Assembly: GCA_020510985.1 (NCBI GenBank)
Contig: CM035846.1
Span: 202,651,081-202,715,080 of the forward strand
Reading direction: 5' to 3'
DNA from: Pholidichthys leucotaenia
Taxonomy: Eukaryota
Length of the DNA stretch: 64,000 bases
Shown here: positions 11,703 to 22,454 of the stretch, one piece after another
How positions within the stretch are numbered: the stretch's first letter is position 1
Layout: each line of letters starts with the position of its first letter
Position numbers and translations under genes: made by a program
The notes under the pieces: model-generated
Database searches by the model: none
The model's input: only the letters and a program-made list of their open reading frames with translations
What the model was told of the DNA's origin: nothing

Positions 11703-12030
11703 ACATTGTAACCATTCTTTATGAAAAAAATTGTCCATTAGTAAAGAAAAAGCTTAAACATGAATTTATCGATAAGCCATGGTTAACCAAAGGATTACAA
11801 AAGGCGTGTAAAAAGAAAAATTTATTATATAAAGCTTTTCTAAAGAAAAGGACAAAAGAAGCAGAGCAGCGGTATAAAACATACAAAAACAAGTTAACAT
11901 ATATAATGAGATGTAGTAAAAGAGACTATTACAGTAAAGAACTGGAGAAAAACAGACAATATTAAAAATACATGGACAATACTTAACAATATTCTTGGAA
12001 ATAAAAACAAATACAAGCTACCCAACCATT

Positions 12031-12426
12031 CATTCATTCATCTTCTTCCGCTTAATCCTTTTCGGGTCATGGGGGGGCTGGAGCCTATCCCAGCATCTTT
12101 GGGCGGGAGGCAGGGTACACCCTGGACAGATCGCCAGTCCATCGCAGGGCCAACACAGAGAGACAGACAACCATTCACTCTCACATTCATACCTAAGGAC
12201 AATTTAGAATCCCCAGTTTGATGCCAATTAACCTAACTTGCATGTTTTTGGCATATGGGAGGAAACCGGAGAAATCCCGGAGTAAACCCACGCAGACACG
12301 GGGAGAACATGCAAACTCCACACAGATCATTGTTGGTCGGGGGCTGGGATCGAACCCAGGATCCCCCGGCCAAGGGTGAGTTGCTGTGCTGCTGTAGTGC
12401 TAACCACTGCGCCACCGTGCTGCCCC
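12031..12426 (-). mobile_element. tRNA-derived SINE, near full length. The tRNA-like head lies at 12426 and the (TGAA)n tail at 12031.
   Basis: Reverse complement reads GGGGCAGCACGGTGGCGCAGTGGTTAGCAC...GGTTCGATCCC (A and B boxes). Conserved core ...GTTTCCTCCCATATGCCAAAAACATGCA.... Flanking direct repeat CCAACCA. Confidence 0.75.
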
Positions 12427-12463
12427 AACCAATTTTTTAAAAAATAATAAAACGACTCAGAGT

Positions 12464-12898
12464 GTGAATGCAGTTTCACCTGCAGATGAATTTAATAACT
12501 TTTTTGTTAACATTGGTCCTAATTTGGCTCGAGAAATACCCATTACGGCACCTACGGGTGATACAATAATCAAAAACACTGCTATAAAAGACTCCATTTT
12601 CATAAAGAACACAGACAAGAGAGAGGTCATTGAAATTGTTAAATCGTTTAAAAGTAAAACATCTACGGACTGTGATGGTATTGACATGCTCTTAGTCAAA
12701 ACTATTATTGAATGCTTAGTGAAACCACTGATGTATATTTGTAACCTGTCTCTCCAAACAGGTATATTTCCCAATGCAATGAAAATAGCTAAAGTAATTC
12801 CGATATACAAGACGGGTGACAGAGGGGAACTTTCAAACTATCGACCAATTTCACTATTGCCGCAATTTTCCAAGATACTTGAAAAAAATATTCTGTGA
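12464..12898 (+). CDS. LINE #2 RT N-terminal segment (fragment)
   Basis: ...GELSNYRPISLLPQFSKILEKNI. Confidence 0.6.
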   Translation: MNAVSPADEFNNFFVNIGPNLAREIPITAPTGDTIIKNTAIKDSIFIKNTDKREVIEIVKSFKSKTSTDCDGIDMLLVKTIIECLVKPLMYICNLSLQTGIFPNAMKIAKVIPIYKTGDRGELSNYRPISLLPQFSKILEKNIL

Positions 12899-13019
12899 GA
12901 GAATTGACAACTTCATAATGAAGAATAATCTATTGTGTGAGCAGCAATATGGGTTTAGACACGAGAGGACAACTGCATTTGCTCTAATGGAATTTATAGA
13001 AAAAATATCAACTGTCGTT

Positions 13020-13511
13020 TGTCACGCCGCGCCGCTCATCAGCAGCGCCACCTGCACGCACACCTGCACATCATCAGCGGCGAGGAATATAAGTCGCCTC
13101 GCCCTGAGCTTTGGCCTGAAGCCGTCAGACTTCATCCCCCTTCAACGTGAAGCAACCTACTCTTCAGCACAACGCTGCGTGGTAAGAAATCCTTACCTCA
13201 TCTTTTCCAGTCTGCTCCCCTGTGCACAGGTGGATTCCTCGGCGGCGGACGACCCCGTTCCCTCGTCGTTCCTCGCTGCTGCACCGAGCCCTGCAGGTGG
13301 CTGTCTCCCGGGTTCCGTCCTTGTTGTGCCAGTCATCTGTCCCTAGCAAGGTTGCCGGCTGTACGGTCTCCTGCCTCTGTGCCTGAAGCAGACGCCGCCA
13401 CCAACACATTAACATTCCGCAGACACTCATCCATTCACCCCTGTTGCTAATAAACTATTTGAACTACTCTGAGCCTGTGTGTGTGCGTCTCCTGAGCCGA
13501 ACGTTATGTCA
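13020..13511 (+). mobile_element. Solo LTR, family R1, copy b (492 bp, TG...CA), inserted in the LINE #2 RT, with TSD TCGTT/CCGTT
   Basis: Homologous to 5476..6087 (shared blocks cccctgtgcacagrtggattc, ctgagcctgygtg, gccgaaygttatgtca). Confidence 0.5.
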
Positions 13512-13665
13512 CCGTTGGAAATAAAGAGTACTCAGTTGGGGTATTCCTGGATCTTAAAAAAGCATTTGATACAGTGGATCATAATTTATTATTAAAGAAA
13601 CTAACAAAATTGTGGTATTAGGGGGGTAGCACTGTCCTGGTTATGTAGTTACTTAAAGAATAGAT

Positions 13666-14067
13666 TGTGGAAATGTGAAAGGACGAGGCAGAGTTTATCT
13701 CACGAGTCAGGTTTATTCACATTCTCCAACATCAGCAATACAGAAAAGAGAAAGAAACCCAGACCGTCATCCCTTTTTATACCCCAGGAGCTTCAAAGCT
13801 CCAGACACATTGCATTTAATCCCAAGTAACAATGCATCCTTTTCAGATCTTATCACCTCCACCCAAAGTCACGAGCAGCCAGTAAATCCCCCACGGCCAT
13901 CTCTTTGCATACCAAAGCCCACATTTCACATCCTCCTGTTACCTCCGAGGAGGCTCAGTCCTTTGTTCATCTGAGACATGAAGCATACACTAAGCATACA
14001 GTGATATACATATGAAGCATAAGGTGATATACATTTGTGCATATGAAACCCACATATGTGTCCCACA
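13666..14067 (-). repeat. 3' LTR of Gypsy B
   Basis: About 98.5% identical to 18066..18467. Confidence 0.85.
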
Positions 14068-14137
14068 TGACCCCCCCAAACGTCTAAGATGTAACAACGG
14101 AATAACAGTCAGCCTGTCATGATAAAATCATTACACC

Positions 14138-17100
14138 TCAGCCCACATGTTGCTTGGGCCTCAGTCTCCTCCCGTATCTGCTGTAAGCCGGCTTCAACAC
14201 TTCAGTGGCGCCATCCTGCTGGGGGGCTGCTGTCTGAGGGTGAGAATTGTTAGTTAATCCCTGTGGGTGTTCTGGGGGATGTTCTCTAGGGGGTCTGCCG
14301 CGCCGAGGAGCCGTGGCCAACAGCACATCGTCATCCGCCACCACAAAGGCGGGTTTGAGCCTGTTAATGCCAATCTTCTCCCTCCTGCCCCCCAAATCTA
14401 GCAAAAAATGCTTATCCCCTGTTTCCAGCACTCTAAATGGCCCATCATAAGGTGGTCGTAACGGCGGGCGATGGGCATCGTGTCTGACAAAAACAAACTT
14501 TGCGTTTTTTAAAGCCTTAGGTATAAAAACGCGCGGAAAACTGTGGTGAATGGGGCCAGGCAGCGCGCCCGATTCCGTGCCACGCTGCAACCACTGAGCC
14601 GGGGAACATTCTGGCGCAGGATTATCTGGGAGAAACTCCCTGGGCAGCCGAAGTGGCTGCGCAAAAACTAGCTCTGCCGGGGAGGCTTCTAAATCCTCTT
14701 TAGGTGCAGAACGCAACCCCAATAAAACCCATGGTAGCCTGTCCACCCAATTTGCATCCATAAGCGACGCTCTGAGAGCCATTTTCAATGACCTGTGAAA
14801 ACATTCGCATAACCCGTTAGCTTGCGGATTGTACACGGTTGTGCGGTGGATTGTTACCCCCAGGCTGCGGGCCATTGCTGACCAAAGTTCTGAAACAAAT
14901 TGAGGGCCTCTGTCAGACGTAACGTCCGACGGAACTCCAAAACGCGCGACCCATGCTGTTAAAAACGCGCGCGCCACCTCCTCGGCTGTGGTTGACGCCA
15001 GTGGGACCACTTCCGGCCAGCGCGTGGTGCGGTCTACCATTGTCAGAAGGTGTGTGCACTCCTGTGACGACGGGAGGGGGCCTACGAGGTCCACGTGAAC
15101 ATGATCGAACCTCTTAGCCGGGATGTGAAACGGCTCCAAGGGAGCTCTCGTGTGTCTGTGTACCTTGGCTCGTTGACAGGCCATGCAGGCTGCTGCCCAC
15201 TCCCTAACTTGTTTGCGCAGGCTCGGCCATACAAATTTCTCTCCCACCATTTTGACCGACGCGCGCACTCCCGGGTGCGCCAGAGAATGAATCGAGTCAA
15301 AAACGCGGCGGCGCCACTCGGCGGGTACCACCGGACGCGGTCGCCCAGTGGAGACGTCGCAGATTAGGGAGGGCATACTGTCTTGCAGCACCCTGTTCTC
15401 CAGCCTTAACCCTGTTGGTCCAGACTGGAGCGCGCACACGTCCGCGTCGCTAACCTGATCCACGGCCATGGCCGCATAATCTACCCCCACGCGGACTGGA
15501 GCTGCCACGGCGCGCGAGAGGCAGTCTGCCATTACATTAAGTTTACCCGCCACATGCTGGATATCGGTAGTAAACTCTGAGATCGCGGCCAGCTGTCTCT
15601 GCTGCCGGCCTGACCACGGTTCTGAAACCTTGGCCATCGCGAAGGTCAGCGGCTTGTGATCAACGAACGCGGTGAAACGGCGTCCCTCCAGCCAGAACTG
15701 GAAGTGGCGAATGGCCAAGTGGAGAGCTAACAACTCCCTGTCGAATGCGTTGTATTTTCGTTCACTATCGCGCAAGGTCCTGCTGAAAAAGGCGAGTGGT
15801 TGCCAAGCCCCGGCTACATGCTGCTCCATGACCGCCCCTATGGCCACATCTGACGCGTCAGTAGTGAGCGCTATGTGGGCCGTTGGGTCTGGATGTGCTA
15901 ACAACGCAGCGTTTGCCAGCGCTGTTTTGACTTCCGAGAATGCTCTCTCTCGCTCCGGAGACCATTCGATTTTATTGGTGGGTTTTTGTTTTTTTAGTGC
16001 GGCATATAATGGTTGCATGAGCTGCGCTGCGCGGGGGAGGAAACGGTTATAAAAATTCACCATTCCCAAAAACTCCTGTAACGCTTTGACCGTTTGTGGC
16101 TGGGGAAAATTTGTTACTGCGCGCACTTTGTCAGGCAGAGGAACCGCTCCTTCTGGAGAGACGCGATGCCCCAAAAAATCAATCTGCGTCACCCCGAACT
16201 GACACTTCGCTGGGTTGATTATTAACCCGTGCTCTGCCAACCTCTGGAAAACTGCCGTGAGGTGGTTTTCGTGTTTGTCTTCGGAACCGCTGGCTTCCAA
16301 AATATCGTCCAGGTAGACGAACACGAAGGGGAGATCGTGCAACACCGCGTCCATCATGCGTTGGAACGTCTGCGCCGCGCCTTTAAGCCCAAACGGCATG
16401 CACAAAAACTCGAATAGACCGAACGGAGTTATTACCGCTGTTTTGGGTATGTCCTCAGCGCGTACTGGGACCTGGTGGTAACCACGTACCAAGTCTATCT
16501 TAGAAAAAACGCGCGACCCCGCCAAATGAACTGAAAAATCTTGGATATGCAGGATTGGGTAGCGGTCGTGCGCTGTAGCATTGTTCAACCTGCGGAAATC
16601 TCTGCAAGGTTGCCACGAGCCATCAGCTTTCGGGACCATATGAAGCGGTGAAGTCCATGGGCTTTTCGAACGCCTGATGATGCCCAACTTTTCCAGGTTG
16701 GCGAACTCCTCGAGCGCTATGGTCGGTTTAGCTGAATCCAAGCGCCGGGCTTTTGCAAAAACGGGCGGTCCAGTGGTAGTAATAAAATGTTCCACCCCGT
16801 GTTTAGACACGGCCGCCGAAAATGTTGGGACCGTGAGTGCTGGGAACTGAGTGAGCAGTGTGTGGAACTTACCACCTGCGGCTGTGACATTGGCTTGTGC
16901 TGTTGGCGGGGCCACTCGAGCTGTACAGGGAATAGAATAAAAAGAGAGTGCATTAACCAGGCGCCTGTTAGCAAGATCAACCAACAAACCATGTGAGCAC
17001 AGAAAATCAGCCCCTAACATATTGAAATTCACTGCAGCTATTACAAAAGTCCACTCAAATGTACGGCCGTGTAGGGACAGAAGCAGAGTCCTCTCACCAA

Positions 17101-17482
17101 AGGTCTTAATCGCCGGGCTGTTCGCTGCTGACACCCCGGGACCACTGGAAGGCGCCAGCCGGTCAGCGGAGGAAGGTGTGATGAAACTCAACTGGGAGCC
17201 TGTGTCCACGAGGAAATGCCTCCCCGAGTGCGCATCCTTCAAGTAGAGCAGCTTGTTCTCCTCTCCGAGGGCCGCAGCTGCTACCGACCCCCGGACTTGG
17301 CGTTTCCCGAGGGCTTGAAATGGCATGGTGGTATACATTTGCGTGCCTTCTCTGCAAAGCGGCGATGGTAGAAACAGAGGGTGTCTCCTCCGCGATCCTT
17401 GGCCCCCACCGCCGCCGTCGTCGTCGGTGGGTCTGCTACCGTCGTCTCTGGCCCCTCGCCGTCTCCGGCCGTCGCACCGCAC
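14138..17482 (-). CDS. Gypsy pol polyprotein, 1114-aa intact ORF: protease (VDTGS), RT (YLDDIL), RNase H, integrase (HHCC, DDE, GPF)
   Basis: Domain order PR-RT-RH-IN. The frame is open upstream of the first Met and overlaps gag in the -1 frame. Confidence 0.85.
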   Translation of the reverse strand: MRCDGRRRRGARDDGSRPTDDDGGGGGQGSRRRHPLFLPSPLCREGTQMYTTMPFQALGKRQVRGSVAAAALGEENKLLYLKDAHSGRHFLVDTGSQLSFITPSSADRLAPSSGPGVSAANSPAIKTFGERTLLLSLHGRTFEWTFVIAAVNFNMLGADFLCSHGLLVDLANRRLVNALSFYSIPCTARVAPPTAQANVTAAGGKFHTLLTQFPALTVPTFSAAVSKHGVEHFITTTGPPVFAKARRLDSAKPTIALEEFANLEKLGIIRRSKSPWTSPLHMVPKADGSWQPCRDFRRLNNATAHDRYPILHIQDFSVHLAGSRVFSKIDLVRGYHQVPVRAEDIPKTAVITPFGLFEFLCMPFGLKGAAQTFQRMMDAVLHDLPFVFVYLDDILEASGSEDKHENHLTAVFQRLAEHGLIINPAKCQFGVTQIDFLGHRVSPEGAVPLPDKVRAVTNFPQPQTVKALQEFLGMVNFYNRFLPRAAQLMQPLYAALKKQKPTNKIEWSPERERAFSEVKTALANAALLAHPDPTAHIALTTDASDVAIGAVMEQHVAGAWQPLAFFSRTLRDSERKYNAFDRELLALHLAIRHFQFWLEGRRFTAFVDHKPLTFAMAKVSEPWSGRQQRQLAAISEFTTDIQHVAGKLNVMADCLSRAVAAPVRVGVDYAAMAVDQVSDADVCALQSGPTGLRLENRVLQDSMPSLICDVSTGRPRPVVPAEWRRRVFDSIHSLAHPGVRASVKMVGEKFVWPSLRKQVREWAAACMACQRAKVHRHTRAPLEPFHIPAKRFDHVHVDLVGPLPSSQECTHLLTMVDRTTRWPEVVPLASTTAEEVARAFLTAWVARFGVPSDVTSDRGPQFVSELWSAMARSLGVTIHRTTVYNPQANGLCECFHRSLKMALRASLMDANWVDRLPWVLLGLRSAPKEDLEASPAELVFAQPLRLPREFLPDNPAPECSPAQWLQRGTESGALPGPIHHSFPRVFIPKALKNAKFVFVRHDAHRPPLRPPYDGPFRVLETGDKHFLLDLGGRREKIGINRLKPAFVVADDDVLLATAPRRGRPPREHPPEHPQGLTNNSHPQTAAPQQDGATEVLKPAYSRYGRRLRPKQHVG

Positions 17483-18048
17483 TCCGTCGCTGCTGCGGTG
17501 GCCGCGCGCTGCTTGCTGGCATTGAGAATCTGGTGTGCCTCCTGGGCCAGCGCGTGGAAGTCCCGCTGGGCCAACAACGGTGAACCGGCCAGGGTCGCTC
17601 TCGTGGCCGACGGTAGGGTTCTCAGGAAAATGTGGGTGAAGAGGAAGTCGTCGCCGTCTGAGCCCCTCAACCTCAGCATGTCTTCCATCAGGTCAACGGG
17701 CGTGCCATCTCCCAAGTCGTTCAGAGCCAGGAGTCTCTCCGCTCTCTCCTGGGCTGAGAGAGTAAAACGCTGGATGAGCGCAGCCTTCAACGCGTTGTAT
17801 TTGTCGTCGGCCGGTGGCTTCACCAAAAGGCTCTGCACATGCCGAGCTGTGCGGTTGTCGAGCTTGGCAATTACATGGTAGAATTTCGTCTCATCTACCG
17901 TTATCCCCCGGAGGGCAAACTGTACTTCGACCAAGAGGAACCAGGAGCACGGGTTGTCTCGCCAAAAGTCCGGTAGCTGGACGGTAGCGGCATACGCCTG
18001 GCTGGGAGCTCCTGACCCGGCTGGTTCGGGGGGATTTCTTTCACTCAT
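17281..18048 (-). CDS. Gypsy gag, 255 aa, CFYHRRFAEKARKCIPPC knuckle
   Basis: Intact ORF. It starts inside the PBS region 16 nt from the LTR. pol begins in the -1 frame. Confidence 0.8.
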   Translation of the reverse strand: MSERNPPEPAGSGAPSQAYAATVQLPDFWRDNPCSWFLLVEVQFALRGITVDETKFYHVIAKLDNRTARHVQSLLVKPPADDKYNALKAALIQRFTLSAQERAERLLALNDLGDGTPVDLMEDMLRLRGSDGDDFLFTHIFLRTLPSATRATLAGSPLLAQRDFHALAQEAHQILNASKQRAATAAATECGATAGDGEGPETTVADPPTTTAAVGAKDRGGDTLCFYHRRFAEKARKCIPPCHFKPSGNAKSGGR

Positions 18049-18065
18049 CGTCTTAGGGTCACCAT

Positions 18066-18467
18066 TGTGGAAATGTGAAAGGACGAGGCAGAGTTTATCT
18101 CACGAGTCAGGTTTATTCACATTCTCCAACATCAGCAATACAGAAAAGAGAAAGAAACCCAGACCGTCATCCCTTTTTATACCCCAGGAGCTTCAAAGCT
18201 CCAGACACATTGCATTTAATCCCAAGTAACAATGCATCCCTTTCAGATCTTATCACCTCCACCCAAAGTCACTGGCAGCCAGGAAATCCCCCACGGCCAT
18301 CTCTTTGCATACCAAAGCCCACATTTCACATCCTCCTGTTAACTCCGAGGAGGCTCAGTCCTTTGTTCATCTGAGACATGAAGCATACAGTAAGCATACA
18401 GTGATATACATATGAAGCATAAGGTGATATACATTTGTGCATATGAAACCCACATATGTGTCCCACA
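18066..18467 (-). repeat. 5' LTR of Gypsy B
   Basis: Direct repeat of 13666..14067. Confidence 0.85.
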
Positions 18468-19706
18468 AGATATCAGTATGTATGTGTTGGTAGCAAAAAC
18501 TCACAGTTACTGAAGGTTACTTGTGGAGTCCCACAGGGTTCAGTTTTGGGGCCACTGTTATTCAATATGTATATAAATGATATATGTAAAGTTTCCAAAA
18601 AAATGGATTTAATACTGTTTGCCGATTCGCATAATCTATTATGCAGTGGAAGCAATTTGGAATAACTTTTGGATACACTCGGAAAGGAATTAGGAAAGCT
18701 TAAACTGTGGTTTGATTCAAACAAATTAACGCTCAATTTAAGTAAGACAAAATTTATAGTTTTTAACAACCATCACAACAACTTAGTATCTAAACTCAGT
18801 GTAAATGGTGTAGAGATTGAAAGGGTATCCGAAACACATTTTGTCTTAGCTTTGTTCCGAATTGTAATCGCTCTTGTTTTGTTTTTCTTTTGAATTCTTG
18901 GATGGAATATGGGTGGGCAATATAAGCTGCGGCTTCAGCCATCACCCATTTCGGATAACTTATGTTGAACTGTATAATCAGAGGAGTTATTGTTTGATTT
19001 GACCTTGTTGGATTTTTTTTTTCTTTTTTCCCCTTTGTTATATTATTCTGTTTCTTTTTAATCTTTACTTTTAATCTGTCCGAAATAAAGATTCATTCAT
19101 TCATTCATTCAAAGTTAAAATTATATTGTTACAGTAACATAAAAATTAAAATAATGTCTATTTTAAACCCAAAAAATTAAGCTTTCATTTAGTGGTGGAG
19201 TGACTATGGAAAAAAATGTTATGTTGATGAGAAGATGAGTGAAAAATAAAGAGTATCTCTTTTCAGCCTTCAGAGCAAATCCTCCTTGGTCAACACTGAA
19301 TGCAATGCTGAGTTACAGAAGTTTTGAAAATGAAAAGACAATCCGACATGTAACCATCATGTCGATATATCCAACCGAGGTGTACGCAATACAGGATTTA
19401 TCTTTTTTAGTGCAGTGGAACCTTCCAACACATGAAAAAATATGAAAACTCACAGATTTTCTTTAGTGCACAAAGGAGTTTGATATCCTGTGCGGCCATC
19501 GTCATCTTCATCTATTTGTTGCATCAGTGAGGTCCAAAAAGAAAATTACTGAACAAACCTTTCACTGTTTAAAAGCTCCTTGCTTAGAGTTTTGGTAACA
19601 TCATCATCACCAAGTGATTTTGCAGTGGATTTTGTGGGAAAAGGAGAGGTGAACACCCAGATCAAAGAGAAACTGACTGGCCTCACAGACACAATAGAGC
19701 CCTGTG

Positions 19707-22454
19707 TGATGTATCAAATATGATACATTTCATATTGTGTGTGTACTATGGGTGGCGGCTCCACCTTTCCGGTTCCGCCGCCACCCTGGGTATAAAAGTC
19801 GGATGCGGAAGAGGCACGGCCTCTTTACGACCAGACCTCCAGAATTATTTGGTGGCCTTAAACCTCGGCGAATTGGAGAAACTACATGCACGAGCGATTT
19901 TGGTCCATAATCTCGGCATGGTGGAACAACGCATTTTCAGCACATTGGGTAAGAATGATAGTTTTGAAGACGTGGTCGGGCTAATGGTGCGCTACTTTTG
20001 TGCTTTGGAAAACGTCATAGTCCGAAGGATTCAGTTTTGGCAGTCCCGCCAGTGGACTGGAGAGTTGGTGCAGCGATACGTCGCAGACCTGCGTCAGCTG
20101 GCTGGGGAATGCCAGTTTGGGGCTTTGGAAGAAGAAATGGTCTGCGATCAGTTGGAGGAGCACACGTTATGTTCTGCGGCATGGTCAAGGCTCCTTACAC
20201 ACTCCGGTGAATTGACATTAGCCACGGCAGTCAGGATAGCTCAACAGTTTGAAGCGGCAGATAAACTATCCAAGGACCTCGGTGAGAGAACTACGTTGAG
20301 GCAAGCTGAATCACAATTGGCGGTGCAGGCTGTGGACCCGGGTAGCGAGGATAGCGCAGAAGATATGGAGGAATACGCTACCGCTATTAAAATAAGGTCT
20401 GCTCTGGGGTCACCCAGATGTATAGGCTGTGGGTCCACCAAGCACCCATACAATGCAAAAGAGTGTCCGGCAAGAGGCAAATGCTGTGGCAAGTGTGGAC
20501 TCCTACACCATTTCACCAGGGCCTGTAAAAAATTTGAGCGAGGGGAACGACAACGCGAAGTGCATTCCCCCGCCACAACTCCTACGGCTGTTCACACCGT
20601 CTCCCCGAGCACAGATGGGTGGATTTACTGTAATGTGATGCTGGACGCCGTGGAAGTGCCGTTGTTGGTGGACACGGACGCAGCAGCATTTTCCGTGTTG
20701 AGCTGGCCTACTGTGAGGAGTTTGTTCCCGTATTACCGAGTGAGAGGACTGTCGATGCCATATTGTGGCTATGGAGGTAATAGACTGGCCATCGTGGGTT
20801 CGCTGGAGTTGACTGCGAGACACAAGTCGGCTGTGATGTCCAACGTTCAGTTTGTGATGACTGTCAGCTGGTCTAACGTGATGGACTGCGACATGTTCTA
20901 CGGCATGGTCTTCATAATCACCAGTGGCATCAGAGAGGAGTGGTCGGGGTGTGGTTTGTGGGACCGACCAGTTCCGAGCGTGGTGGACGATGCGGTATGG
21001 GACAAAGACAAGCCTAGTATTGTGGGAGATGACCAGGACCAATTCCATCCAGGGCCGTCATGGGAGGGTTCTGGTGCCAGAGTCCAAGTTTCCCTGGATG
21101 TAGGAACTGGGCTGCACGGTGGAACGCCCGTGATGGAGTATGGGGCCGAGAGGATAGCTCACTCTGCTTCCGGAGTTCGGCCTGGAGATACCGAGACGCA
21201 AGGGGCTGCAACGGCTTTACCGGTGTTTGAAATGAAAGAGAGTGGGGCAGGACCAGCTGGCACGGTGGACAGAGGTGCCACACAGCAACACTGGAGGCCG
21301 AGTCAGGCTTCGTATGGGGTCGGTGGAGCGGTTTGACCCAGAGAGGAAGCCCAGTCTAAATGTCCTGGACATATGAAGCAGAGTTGAGCGCCCCTGTGGG
21401 TCACTGACATGGTTCGACCCAGGGGGAGGCTTGGCTAAAGGGGGCCCATGACAAGAGGAAACAACGGGATGACCAGGGGTGGCTGCGGGTGGTAGCTGTT
21501 CAGGAGGACGGCTATCTCCAGTTGTCCGATGACTCATGGAGACACCCCAACGAGCTGCGGCACACCAGCGATGAGAAGGAGGTGTCGAAACTTTGACATG
21601 GCTCATCTTCAGAGGCAAAGAGATGAAGGTGCTCTGGGCAGGATCTGCCAGACGGGTCTCTGCGGGTGGCTTCTCCATCGGGACTGTATGGTAGAAAGGG
21701 GGCGATGGGTTAAACTGCATATGGTGTTGTGAATTGCTTAGGCTATGTAGTCAATATGTTCTTTGCATTGAGTGCTATGTGAGTTGCCCTTGTACAAAAA
21801 AACAAAACAAAACAAAAACCAAGTGATGTTTCGAGTGTATGTTACTGTGTGGTTTGCCCAGGTTGTGGGGTGGTTTTGTTGGGTGTGCTTGTAGCAGTGT
21901 GTGAACGTAAATATTGACTGGTTATTTGTTGAATGGAATTTGCCTGTATGTATAAAAGTTCACGGGATTATTTTCAGTTATATTAGGAACACGGCAGTTT
22001 TTTCTTTATTTTCATGGACTTTATATATATTGATAAAGACGGAAGAATAATCCGTCTAGCCGTGTGGAGGTGGGACAGTAGTCCACCCGTCCCCCTCTAG
22101 TTTTAGTTGTTTTGTGTGCATAGATAGTCCTAACTATTGTGTTCATTGTTAGTGTGTGATTCGGGTCGCAAATTTGGGAGGGCCTAATTGGTGTGTTTTG
22201 GACTTTTGTACAGGGGAGGGGGTGATGTATCAAATATGATACATTTCATATTGTGTGTACTATGGGTGGCGGCGGAACCGGAAAGGTGGAGTCGCCACTC
22301 TGGGTATAAAAGGCGGATGTAGAAGAGGCACGGTCTCTTTACGACCAGACCTCTGCCTATACGAGAGCGCCTGTGACACATTGTGAGTTCCTTAATAAAC
22401 CTACGTTCTACTCCACCTCCTACCTCGTTATTGAAGTACAGGTTATGGACATAA
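19707..22454 (+). mobile_element. Family G copy G2: a short 5' LTR-like repeat 19707..19839, a PBS-like TGGTGGCC at 19850, a gag-protease ORF, and a 3' LTR-like repeat 22223..22454 that continues at 24703..24711 after the insertion of element C
   Basis: Direct repeats with a TATA box (19791 and 22305) and AATAAA (22396) flank the ORF. Collinear with copy G1. Confidence 0.55.
19720..21336 (+). CDS. gag-protease fusion ORF, 538 aa: capsid, two zinc knuckles (CIGCGSTKHPYNAKEC, CGKCGLLHHFTRAC) and a protease with DTD in place of DTG. The first roughly 40 residues are read from the LTR-like repeat and are probably not the true start.
   Basis: No RT or integrase follows. Homologous to the G1 pieces. 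Confidence 0.6.
   Translation: MIHFILCVYYGWRLHLSGSAATLGIKVGCGRGTASLRPDLQNYLVALNLGELEKLHARAILVHNLGMVEQRIFSTLGKNDSFEDVVGLMVRYFCALENVIVRRIQFWQSRQWTGELVQRYVADLRQLAGECQFGALEEEMVCDQLEEHTLCSAAWSRLLTHSGELTLATAVRIAQQFEAADKLSKDLGERTTLRQAESQLAVQAVDPGSEDSAEDMEEYATAIKIRSALGSPRCIGCGSTKHPYNAKECPARGKCCGKCGLLHHFTRACKKFERGERQREVHSPATTPTAVHTVSPSTDGWIYCNVMLDAVEVPLLVDTDAAAFSVLSWPTVRSLFPYYRVRGLSMPYCGYGGNRLAIVGSLELTARHKSAVMSNVQFVMTVSWSNVMDCDMFYGMVFIITSGIREEWSGCGLWDRPVPSVVDDAVWDKDKPSIVGDDQDQFHPGPSWEGSGARVQVSLDVGTGLHGGTPVMEYGAERIAHSASGVRPGDTETQGAATALPVFEMKESGAGPAGTVDRGATQQHWRPSQASYGVGGAV

Larger units (their letters stand above)
13666..18467 (-). mobile_element. Intact Ty3/Gypsy LTR retrotransposon copy B (4802 bp) with two 402-bp LTRs that differ at about 6 positions. 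The TSD AGAT lies at 13662..13665 and 18468..18471. It sits inside the LINE #2 RT ORF.
   Basis: Direct repeats 13666..14067 and 18066..18467 (TG...CA). Intact gag and pol. A PBS-like TGGTGACCCTAAGACG lies next to the 5' LTR and a G-run (TTTGGGGGGG) just before the 3' LTR. Confidence 0.85.
11285..19110 (+). mobile_element. CR1/L2-like LINE #2 with an APE C-terminal part, the RT, and a 3' end (ATTC)n. It hosts three nested insertions: a SINE, a solo LTR and Gypsy B. Part of the RT C-terminal region is deleted.
   Basis: GDFNIDLL...SDHLPI. NYRPISLLPQFSKILEK. QYGFR. VGVFLDLKKAFDTVDH. CGVPQGSVLGPLLF. FADS. The 3' end ccgaaataaagattcattcattcattc also occurs at 53135..53160. Confidence 0.65.

Noticed and set aside
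12816-13346. 176-aa ORF annotated as one protein
   Set aside because: Only the first roughly 65 aa (QYGFRHERTTAFALMEFIEKIS) are LINE RT. The rest is read-through into the inserted solo LTR at 13020.
19720-19845. The first roughly 40 codons of the 538-aa Gag-Pro ORF as a genuine N-terminus
   Set aside because: This stretch is the translated LTR-like repeat, including the TATA box region. Homology with copy G1 begins only at about 19840, and in G1 the upstream sequence is different.
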